Positions 22,895-32,092 of a DNA stretch of 64,000 bases are shown here, one piece after another. The stretch's first letter is position 1. The number at the start of each line of letters is the position of its first letter. The position numbers and the translations under genes are program-made. A model generated the notes under the pieces. That model did not search any database. It was not told the origin of the DNA and saw nothing but the letters and a program-made list of their open reading frames with translations. Source of the DNA: an uncultured Actinomycetes bacterium (GTDB lineage: Bacteria > Actinomycetota > UBA4738 > HRBIN12). The DNA is taken from NCBI GenBank assembly GCA_963821935.1, contig CAWGFM010000005.1:254551-318550 (forward strand), read 5' to 3'.

Positions 22895-24686
22895 TCAGCC
22901 AGTCGTTCCTGCGGCCTCCGCGTTCGCCGCCGATAACGCAACGGCGGCTGCGATCAAGGTCAGGTGCGTGAAGGCCTGAGGGAAGTTCCCGATCAGTCGT
23001 TCGTTCTTGGCGTCGTACTCCTCGGAGAAGAGACCCAGGTCGTTCCGCAACGACAAGAGCCGCTCGAACAGCTCCGTCGCCTCCTCGACCCGGCCCAGCA
23101 TCGCGAGGTCGATCACCAGCCAGAAGCTGCACGCCAAGAAGGCACCTTCGCCGGGAGGGAGTCCGTCGGCCGCATCCGCGTCGGGGATGTACCGCATCAC
23201 GAACCCGTCCTTGACGAGCTCCCGCTGGACGGCCTCCACGGTCCCCACCACCCGTGGATCCGAGGGGGGAAGGAACCCCACCTGAGGGATCAGCAGCAGC
23301 GCAGCGTCGAGTTGATCCGACCCGTAGTACTGCGTGAAGGTGTTCCGCTCGGCGTCGTAGCCCTCACGACACACTTCCTCGTGGATGTCATCTCGCATCT
23401 GCTTCAGAGCAGCGATCGATGATCGGAGTCCGGACTCCTCCGCCATCTTCACGATCGCGATCAGCGGCGACCCAGGCCATCACCTTCGAGTGCACGAAGT
23501 TGCGCCGAGGTCCTCGGACCTCCCACACACCGTCATCGGGGTCGTGCCAGTGCTCTTCGAGCCATCGCACGATCCCCCGGGCCGCTTCGATCGCGTCCAG
23601 CGACGGCTCCATCCCCAGCTGGCGCGCCCCGTAGATCGCGTCGGCGAGTTCCCCGTACACGTCAAGCTGCAGCTGCCCCGATGCCGCGTTGCCGACGCGG
23701 ACCGGCGTCGAGTTCTCGTATCCCGACAACCAATCGAGTTCGTACTCCTCGAGCCTCCGCTCGCCGGCAACGCCGTACATGATCTGCAGGTCCTCGGGAT
23801 CGCCTGCGACCGCTCGGACGACCCAGTCGCGCCATCTGGTGGCCTCGTCGACGTACCCCGCTGCCATCAATGCGTCGAGCGTCAACGCGGCGTCCCGGAT
23901 CCAGCAGAAGCGGTAGTCCCAGTTGCGGACGCCACCAAGGAACTCCGGGAGCGATGTGGTCGCGGCGGCCACGACACCCCCGGTCGGCTCATAGGTGAGC
24001 GCCTTCAACGTGATGAGCGAACGCTCGACCTCGTCGGCCCATCCACCTCGGTAGGTCGATCGCTGCGACCAGTCGCGCCACCAGGCATCCGTTTCGTCGA
24101 GAGCCTCGGACGCGTCGGTCGGGGGCGGGGGATCCTCCCACGAGGAGTACGACGTGAGGACGAAGCCGACCCGGTCGCCGACACCGACGGTGAATCCCGC
24201 GTCGTAGCCCGAGTCGTTGAGCACCATGGGCACGTCAGCGCGAAGTCGCAATGCCTCCGGACCGGCACCGGCCGCGATGTCGCTGCCCTCGCCGCGCACC
24301 CAGGGACGGGTCTTCCCGTAGTCCATCCGAGGAGCGAACCGGCTCTGCATGTCAACGGTCCCTCGCAGACCCTCGACGATGCGGACGATCCGCGGAAGCG
24401 TCTGCCTGGCCGGCATGAAGTCGATGAGGCGCGCCGCGCCGATCGCCGTTTCGAAGGTGGTCTCCAACACGAGGGATCCGTCGCGATATCGCCTGGACGA
24501 GGCGCCTCCGCCCTCGGCGGGTCCGATGATCCAGGACCCGTTCTCCTCCGTTCCGAGGAGTGAAGCGAAGCACGCTGCGGAATCGAACCGAGGCACACAG
24601 AGCCAATCGATCGATCCATCGATCCCGACCAATGCCGCTGTCTGTGTGTCACCGATCAGTGCGTAGTCCTCGATGCGAAGCGCCAT
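22895..24686 (-). pseudogene. glycoside hydrolase family 15 (glucoamylase/trehalase-like), 2-nt deletion ~23455
   Basis: The N-terminal 410 aa run MALRIEDYALIGD...HSKVMAWVA. The continuation KMAEESGLRSS...GNFPQAFTHLTLI is in another frame. The junction is at a gcgc repeat. Confidence 0.7.
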
Positions 24687-25231
24687 CAGTGTCCTCCTGC
24701 AGTGCGCATACCCAACAGTTCAACACCCTGACGCCGCGGGCGGCATCATCCCATGCGGATGACTGCCTCGATCGAGGATGCTGGACCCTCAGCGGGACAC
24801 GGTCTAGCCTCCGCCCACCGTCCGAGAACGCAGATGGGGCCACGAATGGCACGGACAGAGGGGGAGGCATCGCCGGGCTCCCGGGATGGGAAGCGCCCGG
24901 TGCGTCCCAGGCTCCTCATGGCTCCGCAGCTCGGACGTCCGGGTGTTCTCGTCGGCGAGTGACGCTCCGGCGGCCCGACGTCCCACCGACATCGTGATGC
25001 TCGCGCTGGCGCTGGTGGTCATGGCGGCGCTCTCCCTCTCGGCTCCGGGACCAGGTACGCTCGATAGGGCGATCGCCAACTTCGTCAAGGCCTTGCCAGG
25101 CCTCCTCGGCTGGCTGTGGGAGATCTCCTACGACCTGCTGTTCGGGTGGGACTCGACAGAAAGCCTAGCGCTCGGCGTGGGACCATTCCTTCGATGAGCT
25201 TCCGCGCGCGTAGGGTACGGGCATCGAACGC

Positions 25232-25771
25232 TTGCTCCGACGGATGTTGACAGCGATGTTTCATCCCATCCGGTCGATGCTCCGCAACCGCCCGTCAGCC
25301 AGCCTTTGGAGGTTGTCTGGCTCCGGAAGGGATCTCGTGTCCGCGACGACGAACGCGCTCTTCGCGGTCGATCCCGTCCCATGGGCCAGGGCGCAGATGG
25401 CGTTCTCGCTCGCGTTCCACATCATCCTCATGCCCCTGGGCGTAGCTCTTCCGCTCGTGATCGCGGGGGCGATCTCGGGAGCCGCCTCGTTGCTCCGACT
25501 CGTCCGCGGAGCCCAGCGTGGGGCCCGGCTGCTCTCGATCGGAGCTGTGGCAACCTTGGTGTTGGCGTGGGGCGTGGCGCAATGGGATTTCATGCTCCCG
25601 ACGAGCCTGACGGTGGCCCAGGCCGCAGCGCCCGACGGAACGATCAAGGCGGTGCTCTTCGCCGTCGTCCTTGCTGCCCTGCTGGTGGTACCGGGGTTCG
25701 CGCTCCTCTACATCTTGGACCAGAAGGGTGTGCTTCCGGAGGAGGGCGCGAAGGACCTGCACGACTCCTGA
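25232..25771 (+). pseudogene. possible cytochrome bd oxidase remnant: cydA N-terminal helix joined in frame to cydB C-terminal helices
   Basis: DPVPWARAQMAFSLAFHIILMPLGVALPL matches the CydA helix-1 signature (R.QFA.T..FH.LF.PLT.GL). The tail SLTVAQAAAPDGTIKAVLFAVVLAALLVVPGFALLYIL resembles the last helices of CydB. The total is only 179 aa. Confidence 0.35.
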
Positions 25772-25820
25772 GCCAGTCGGGGATGGCCACGGCTTGGACC
25801 TCGCCCGCGTGTTCGGTTCG

Positions 25821-27110
25821 TCAGCCGCTACTGAGGTTCGTTGCGGACCCGGTCGACGGCCCAGGCGGTTCGACTACAGGCGCCGGTGTGAGTCGGGCGC
25901 TGGCGACGTACGCCACCACGACGGCAACGATCACCAGCGGTGTCAGCGGGATCGCGTCGGCGGACAGGAAGACCGACGTCAGCAGGACCGAGGTGAGCGG
26001 GAGTCCCAACATGACCGTCGTCATCGCCCCGATCCCCATCGCCACCCCGGCGATCATGGGCAGCCCGGGCAGGTGCGAGAGCGCGATCCCACCAGCAGCG
26101 CCGATGAACATGCCGGGGAACGTAGGACCTCCACGGAAAGCACTCAGGGCGACGCCGTACGCAAGGCCTTTGCACACGATCAGCAACAGGAGCGCCCCCA
26201 CGGTCCATGCGGCGGCGTCCTGGACGAGCGACGGCAGCGCCGACTGTCCGGAGAACAACACTTCGCTAGGGCTCCTGTCCGAACCCTCCGAAAACACGAA
26301 CGCGGCGAGACCGATCGCGAGCCCTGCCACCGGTGTCAGCGCCAGGCGTCGACGCGCGACGATGGGCTGGAGCGTCAGTGCCAACCGCCTGATCCCGGTT
26401 CCGACGATCGCCGCCGCGAGGCCGATCCCGATCGCCCACAAGAACTCGGCCACGGTGGGCGTCGTGAACGCGGGGATGTCGGGGATCGCGAGCGCGAACG
26501 TCCCGAACCCCGTCACCCGGTCCAGGCCGATGAAGATGAGCGAGCCGACCCCTGCCGCCAGCAAGCCAGGGATCAAGACGACGCTCAGCATCGCGCCTCC
26601 CACGCCGGCTGCTTCCATGAGCAGGAACGCCCCCACGAGCGGGGAGCCCAGCAAGGTGCTGATCGCGGCGAAGCTGGCTGCCGCCGCGATCACCAAGACG
26701 GCTTGCTCCGGCGCATCCTTCTTCAGGAGCTGCACGGCGAGGACCCCGAGACCGCTGCCGATCGCGATCAACGGCGCCTCCGGCCCCAGGACGACCCCCA
26801 GACTCAGGGTCGCGAAGGCCGCGATGATGATGCCGGGCAGATCGATTGGTCGAACGGGGCCGGAAGCCTTGAATCCTTCCGCGGGCTCGTGTCCGGCGGT
26901 GCCCGGCAGCTGCTTGATCGTCAGCGCCACGAGGAACCCACTGAGGACCAGCAGAGGGATCGGCCACCATGCCGGTTCAGCCGTGAACCCGAGGTCGGCG
27001 GGCAGCGTGGTGAACAGGTACTTCTGAGCGTCGGCGACCCACTGGAGGAAGAAATAGGCGACCAATGCCACGGGAACCCCGAGCATGGCACCCATGATCA
27101 GAATCACCAC
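25821..27110 (-). CDS. ClC-family chloride channel / H+-Cl- antiporter
   Basis: Multi-TM protein with ClC motifs GPEAPLIAIGSGLG (GxEGP-like) and GGPTFPGMFIGAAGG (GxFxP). Confidence 0.8.
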   Translation of the reverse strand: MVILIMGAMLGVPVALVAYFFLQWVADAQKYLFTTLPADLGFTAEPAWWPIPLLVLSGFLVALTIKQLPGTAGHEPAEGFKASGPVRPIDLPGIIIAAFATLSLGVVLGPEAPLIAIGSGLGVLAVQLLKKDAPEQAVLVIAAAASFAAISTLLGSPLVGAFLLMEAAGVGGAMLSVVLIPGLLAAGVGSLIFIGLDRVTGFGTFALAIPDIPAFTTPTVAEFLWAIGIGLAAAIVGTGIRRLALTLQPIVARRRLALTPVAGLAIGLAAFVFSEGSDRSPSEVLFSGQSALPSLVQDAAAWTVGALLLLIVCKGLAYGVALSAFRGGPTFPGMFIGAAGGIALSHLPGLPMIAGVAMGIGAMTTVMLGLPLTSVLLTSVFLSADAIPLTPLVIVAVVVAYVASARLTPAPVVEPPGPSTGSATNLSSG

Positions 27111-27193
27111 GTAGCCCCGATCTCGGACGATGTCCGAGGGAGACTGCGCCGGGGTTCCCTGCGCGGGTTGTTCTCGTGTCGCCGTCGTGCTGG

Positions 27194-27700
27194 TCAGTCC
27201 TCGTTCGCCGCGGCGGCCGCACCGATCGCGACCAGGTCCTCGGGGTGGATCCAGCTGTCAGCCAATGGCACGCCGCCGTTCCTGCGGATCGCGTCGCGGA
27301 GCGGGATCGCCCAGCGGTGCTCGATCAGCGCGACGGCCGCCGTGGTGCCCATCGGGATCGTGTCGGCGATGGACCACATCGCCTCATCGCCGAGCAGCCC
27401 GTCCTCGGCGGCCTCGGCGCCTGCGAGGGCTCCCGCCTCGACACCCTCCTCGTCGGGTTCGACACCCAGGCCGATCAACGCGCCCGCGATCGCACCGAAC
27501 TCCATCCGTTGTTCGTCGGACAGATCACTCAGCTCGACGCCTACGATCTCACCTTCGACATCCTTGGAAACGACGACCAGGTCGACGAGGCGGACGATGT
27601 CCAGCGCCTTCAACCGCTGAAGCTCGGGCAAGATCTCGCCGTTGAAGCTGGTGCCTTCGAACCCGACCACCAAGACCTGGACCGGACCGAACTCATCCAT
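27194..27700 (-). CDS. DUF1269-like membrane-associated protein
   Basis: N-terminal VQVLVVGFEG...ELQRLKALDIVRLVDLVVVSKD matches the DUF1269 N-domain pattern, followed by a Gly/Ala-rich hydrophobic C-terminus. Confidence 0.5.
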   Translation of the reverse strand: MDEFGPVQVLVVGFEGTSFNGEILPELQRLKALDIVRLVDLVVVSKDVEGEIVGVELSDLSDEQRMEFGAIAGALIGLGVEPDEEGVEAGALAGAEAAEDGLLGDEAMWSIADTIPMGTTAAVALIEHRWAIPLRDAIRRNGGVPLADSWIHPEDLVAIGAAAAANED

Positions 27701-27989
27701 TGAGGACCTTCGCTTTCTGTGCGGCGAACTCCTCGTCGGTCAGCACGCCTTGATCGTGGAGCTGGCCGAGTTGCTTGAGCTCGTCGATCGATGCCTGCGA
27801 CATGCCCCCCGCGGCTGGTGCCGGCGGGGGCGGCGGTGCGGCCGCCTGCTGGGAGGAACCTTCGCTCGCGGTATCCTGCTCAGCCTCGTTATTCGCCCTG
27901 TTCGCGCTGCTCTTGCCCGCGTGGTACACCGCCGCGCCGCCGGCTGCCATCGCGGCCCCCCGAAGCAGGGGGCGCCTCCTACGCCTCAT
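27693..27989 (-). CDS. SHOCT-domain protein
   Basis: C-terminal IDELKQLGQLHDQGVLTDEEFAAQKAKVL is a SHOCT motif. Also has an N-terminal hydrophobic segment and a Pro-rich linker. Confidence 0.6.
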   Translation of the reverse strand: MRRRRRPLLRGAAMAAGGAAVYHAGKSSANRANNEAEQDTASEGSSQQAAAPPPPPAPAAGGMSQASIDELKQLGQLHDQGVLTDEEFAAQKAKVLNG

Positions 27990-28044
27990 GATCGATCACT
28001 CTCCTCGTGTCGTTGCGAGATGGTGCGTGCGACCCTCTGCGGAC

Positions 28045-28542
28045 CTAGGAGGCGGCACCCTCGCCGTGGAGCTCCTTCTGGATCTCGGCGGTGGTCTCGT
28101 CGGACAGCGACGTCTTGATGACCTCGCCCCCGAACTTCGACAGGGCGGCGACCGCCTTGTCGGCCGTGACCTTCTCGAAGACGATGAACAGCGCCGACGT
28201 TCCCGGCTGCAGCTTCTCGCGCACCTGGTCCTGGAAGCCCTTGTCGATACCACCCTTCTCGATCTTGCCCATGAGCGCGCCGAACGCCGCACCGAACGCC
28301 ATGCCGAAGAACGGCACGAAGAACAGGATGCCGAACAGGAATCCCCAGAACATGCCCCACGTCGCGCCCGCGCCCACCGCATGCTGATTCGTGTGGGTGT
28401 GGAACGTTCCGTCCGCGTCGCGAACGATCGCCGCCACAGCATCGGCCTGGATGATCAGATCCTGTTGGAGGTTCTGCACCTCCGCCATCGCCTGTTCGGC
28501 GGTGGTGGTGTCCTCGTACGCGATCGCGATCAGATCTGCCAT
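28045..28542 (-). CDS. DUF1269 domain membrane protein
   Basis: Starts MADLIAIAYED...ADAVAAIVRDADGTFH, with a glycine-zipper TM segment GMFWGFLFGILFFVPFFGMAFGAAFGALMG. Confidence 0.65.
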   Translation of the reverse strand: MADLIAIAYEDTTTAEQAMAEVQNLQQDLIIQADAVAAIVRDADGTFHTHTNQHAVGAGATWGMFWGFLFGILFFVPFFGMAFGAAFGALMGKIEKGGIDKGFQDQVREKLQPGTSALFIVFEKVTADKAVAALSKFGGEVIKTSLSDETTAEIQKELHGEGAAS

Positions 28543-28711
28543 GTGATCCCTCCCTCTCGTGCGTGATTGAAGCCGCCCAGATCGGACTGCCAACCGTATC
28601 TTGCAACACTTTCACCGCTGGCGTCTCGGACCACATCATCCCGACAGGGTGAATCTCCCCCTCGCCCACGACCTTCGCCGTTCATCTGGGTCCGATAGGG
28701 TTCCGGGCATC

Positions 28712-30885
28712 ATGGCGAGAACGCAGTCGGTCAGCGTCCAGGGGAACGGACGCCCGCGGAGCCGGCCATCCGACCTTCACGATGACCTCTTCGCACCTCC
28801 CGTTCCCCGGGCAGATGCCATCCCACGCCCGACCCTCGTCGGGACGCTCACCGCCACGTCTTGTCCGCTGGTGGTGGTCTCGGCACCGGCGGGCTATGGC
28901 AAGACCACGTTGCTGGCGCAGATGGCGCGAGCTCGACACCCGTCCGATGGCATGGATGCGATGCACGGACCACGGCAGCGATGCGCGGTCGGTCCTGATT
29001 CACGTCCATGACGCACTCGCACGATGCCCCGACTTCGGGCGACAGCAGCCGGTGTTGCTGATCGTGGACGACGCCCACTTGATCGAGGGGAAACGAACCC
29101 TCGATGCCTCCTCGGCGTGCCCGACGATCTACCTCCGGGATCCACGATGATGATCGCGACCCGTCACGAGCTCGGGAGGCCCCGCGGCCCGGATGCGTTC
29201 CCAGGGCCGCATCCACGAGGTCGGAACCGCCTCGTTGGCGATGGATGTCGGTGAGACCGCCCGCTTGGTCCGTGCCTTCGGCCTCGATGCATCCGAGGAG
29301 GAGGTGGCGGCGCTGACCGATCGGACCGAGGGTTGGCCCGCGGCCTTGTCGCTCGCGATGGTCTCCGCCGTCGACGACGACCGTACCGCCGGGACTCGAG
29401 GCCTTCGGAGGAGCCAGCCGTTTCATGGCCGACTACCTACGCACAGAGTTCTTCGAGCGCAACGCCGATCAGATCCCGTTCCTCACACGAACCTCGATCG
29501 TGCGCACGATGAACGGGCCGCTGTGCGACGCGGTGCTGGGCACCACCGGGTCGGGGGAGATCCTCGCGGGCCTCGCACGCACCAACGGTCTGGTCCTGCC
29601 CACGGCCGATCCTGGATCGTTCCGCTACCACGAGCTGTACCGGGGATTCCTCCTCGCCGAACTCGACGTGCGCGAACCAGAGCTTGTCGCGCCGTTGCAC
29701 GCCAAGGCCGCACGGTGGTTCAGGGAGCAGGGCGAGCACGAGGAGGCCGTGGGGCACGCGTTCGCCGCGCACGAGCCCGACCTGGCTGCCGACAGCATCG
29801 GTCGGTGTGGCCTCGCCGTGTTCTGGCGCGGAGGGATGGCGACGGTTCGAGGGTGGCTCACGCAGCTCGATGAGGACACGTTGCTGCGCTGGCCCTCCTT
29901 GGCGATCGAGGGAGCATTGGTCCACTCGCTGATGGGCTTGCCGGCCGAAGCGGACCGCTGGTTCGACCTGGCGGAACGAGGGATCCCCAACGATCCTCCC
30001 CCGGATGGGAGCGCATCGGTCGAGGCATCTCTGGCCCGCCTTCGATCCATGACGTGCCGAGACGGAATCGAGCAGATGCAGCGAGACGCCTCGATCGCGT
30101 GCGAAGCCGAAGCCGACTGGAGCGTCTGGAGAGCCTCCTCACTGCTCGGCGTGGGGGTCGCACACGCACTGAGCGGCGATCTCATCGCCGCCGAACGCGT
30201 GTGGCACGAAGCCGTCGATATCGGTCGTGAGGTAGGCGCGATCCCAGGGCTGACGCTCACGCTCTCCGAGCTGGCCCGTGCGGCCGTGAGCAGAGGCGCC
30301 TGGGCGACAGCGGCCGAGCTCTCCGATTCGGCGGCGTCGTTGATCCTCGGTTCCGGCTTGTCCGACTACGCCACGAGCGCCTTGACCTACGCGATGCAAG
30401 CGCGCGTCGCGCTGCATCAGGGACTGCCCCAGCAGGCGACCGAGCACCTGGAACGCACGGTCGGACTCCTGCCGTTGCTCACGTACGCGCTGCCCTGGTA
30501 CGCCGTGCAGGTTCGGCTCGAGCTCGGCTGGGCGTTGTTGGGGCTGGCACGCCCGGAGGAAGCCGAGTCACGGCTCGCCGAGATCGACGGCGTCGTGTGG
30601 AAACGGCCCGGACTGGGCTCGCTGCTCCCCGAGATCGACCACCTCCGTCAGGCGATCGTCGCCGGGGCCGCCGACGCGGTGGCGGCATCCGGTTTGACAC
30701 CCGCGGAGCTTCGCCTCATGCCCCTGCTCCCAACGCATCTTTCGTTCGAAGAGATCGGCTCGCACCTGTTCGTTTCCAGGAGCACGGTGAAGACTCAGGC
30801 GATCTCGATCTACCGAAAGCTCGGAGTCTCCTCGCGCGGTGAGGCGGTGGAGCAGGCACGCTCCATGCACCTGCTCGACCCATGA
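28712..30885 (+). pseudogene. LuxR/MalT-type (LAL) transcriptional regulator with at least four frameshifts in the NTPase domain
   Basis: Walker A VVVSAPAGYGKTTLLAQ is in frame 2 and Walker B LLIVDDAHLIE in frame 0. PPGSTMMIATRHEL is in frame 2 and TEGWPAALSLA in frame 0. MADYLRTEFFE...the TPR-like region and the C-terminal LuxR HTH (LSFEEIGSHLFVSRSTVKTQAISIYRKLGV) are in frame 1. Confidence 0.7.
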
Positions 30886-30998
30886 CCCTCCCAGATTTTG
30901 GCCTTTCATCCCCCGGGGATGATGCCTCTCTCACACGGACGCGCTCTGATGGAGCGAGTCGATAGGCCGAGCGATCACAGGGCAGATGGGCGGGCACG

Positions 30999-31382
30999 AT
31001 GGCTGGGCACGAAGACGCTCTCCGGAAGCTGACGGTCAACGACGAATCCGCGATGGAGAACGAGCTCGGCCTGCGGATGGCTCTATCCCCAGAGCATCCG
31101 CTGGATCTCAAGACCGGTGCGCTCGTTCGGTTGAGTGCCCTGGTGGCGATCGGAGCGGCGCCTCCCTCGTTCCAATGGGCTGGGGCGGCCGCGGTGAGGT
31201 CTGGTGCCACGCCTGACGAAGTGGTTTCAATGCTCTGCGCGATCGCGCCGATCGTCGGGCTGGCGCGAGTCGTCGCTGCGGCTCCCGAGATCGCGCTGGC
31301 CATCGGCTACGACACGGACGTCGCGCTCGAAACCCTCGTGGGCGATGCTCAGCCCCCCGGATCCTGGGCGCCCGTTCGATAG
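30999..31382 (+). CDS. carboxymuconolactone decarboxylase (AhpD-like) family protein
   Basis: 127-aa ORF with CMD-fold helical pattern including LVRLSALVAIGAAPPSFQWAGAAAVRSGATPDEVVSML. Confidence 0.6.
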   Translation: MAGHEDALRKLTVNDESAMENELGLRMALSPEHPLDLKTGALVRLSALVAIGAAPPSFQWAGAAAVRSGATPDEVVSMLCAIAPIVGLARVVAAAPEIALAIGYDTDVALETLVGDAQPPGSWAPVR

Positions 31383-31465
31383 GCCGCGACGACGTCTCCG
31401 GTTCAGTCGGCACGACGCGATCGTCCCCGGCCACCCGCAAGGCACCATCCCGGTGGGGGGAACCC

Positions 31466-32092
31466 TCAGTGCTCCTTCGTGACCCTTCCAGCGTCGTCGA
31501 TACGAAGGTCCGTCATGCCCGAATGCTGCCGATCTCCGGTGACGAGCACCGTGGGATCGTCGATGCGCCCTAGCTCCTTCAGACGACCGAGCACGAACGC
31601 CAACGACTCTTCCGGCGACTGCGTCTCCGTGTCGACCCTGATCTCCGGATCCTCAGGTACCTCGTACGGGTCGTCGACACCCGTGAACCCGGTGATCTCG
31701 CCGGCCAGGGCCTTCTTGTAGAGGCCCTTCGGGTCGCGGTTCGCAGCGATCTCGTCCACGGTGGCGTGCACGTAGACCTCGACGAACTCGCCGATCTGGG
31801 CGCGTACGGCGTCGCGGGTTTCCTTGTAGGGACTGATCGGGCAGCAGATCGTGGCGACGCCGTTCCGAGTCAACAGGTTCGCAACGAATCCGATCCGCAG
31901 GATGTTGGTGTCGCGATCCTCTTTGGAGAACCCGAGACCCTTGGATAGGTTCTTGCGGACCTCGTCTCCGTCCAGGATCTCCGTCTTCATGTCTCGCGCC
32001 TTGAACTCATGGAAGAGCATCTCGGCGATCGTGGACTTGCCCGATCCCGAGAGCCCGGTGAACCACACGGTGAAGCCTGTTTCGGTGCTCAT
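31466..32092 (-). CDS. cysC: adenylyl-sulfate (APS) kinase
   Basis: P-loop FTGLSGSGKST and the APS-kinase fold throughout. The start codon directly abuts the upstream stop. Confidence 0.85.
   Translation of the reverse strand: MSTETGFTVWFTGLSGSGKSTIAEMLFHEFKARDMKTEILDGDEVRKNLSKGLGFSKEDRDTNILRIGFVANLLTRNGVATICCPISPYKETRDAVRAQIGEFVEVYVHATVDEIAANRDPKGLYKKALAGEITGFTGVDDPYEVPEDPEIRVDTETQSPEESLAFVLGRLKELGRIDDPTVLVTGDRQHSGMTDLRIDDAGRVTKEH

Noticed and set aside
25306-27620. Two long plus-strand ORFs (573 and 649 aa) over the ClC channel gene
   Set aside because: They are antisense to a well-supported ClC protein. Their compositions (Arg/Pro/Gly/Asp runs) are characteristic of spurious GC-rich frames.
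1-31000. Treating every frameshift as definitive pseudogenisation
   Set aside because: Sequence alone cannot exclude consensus indel errors (homopolymer or short-repeat context). The calls are kept as pseudogene-like but flagged for read-level verification.
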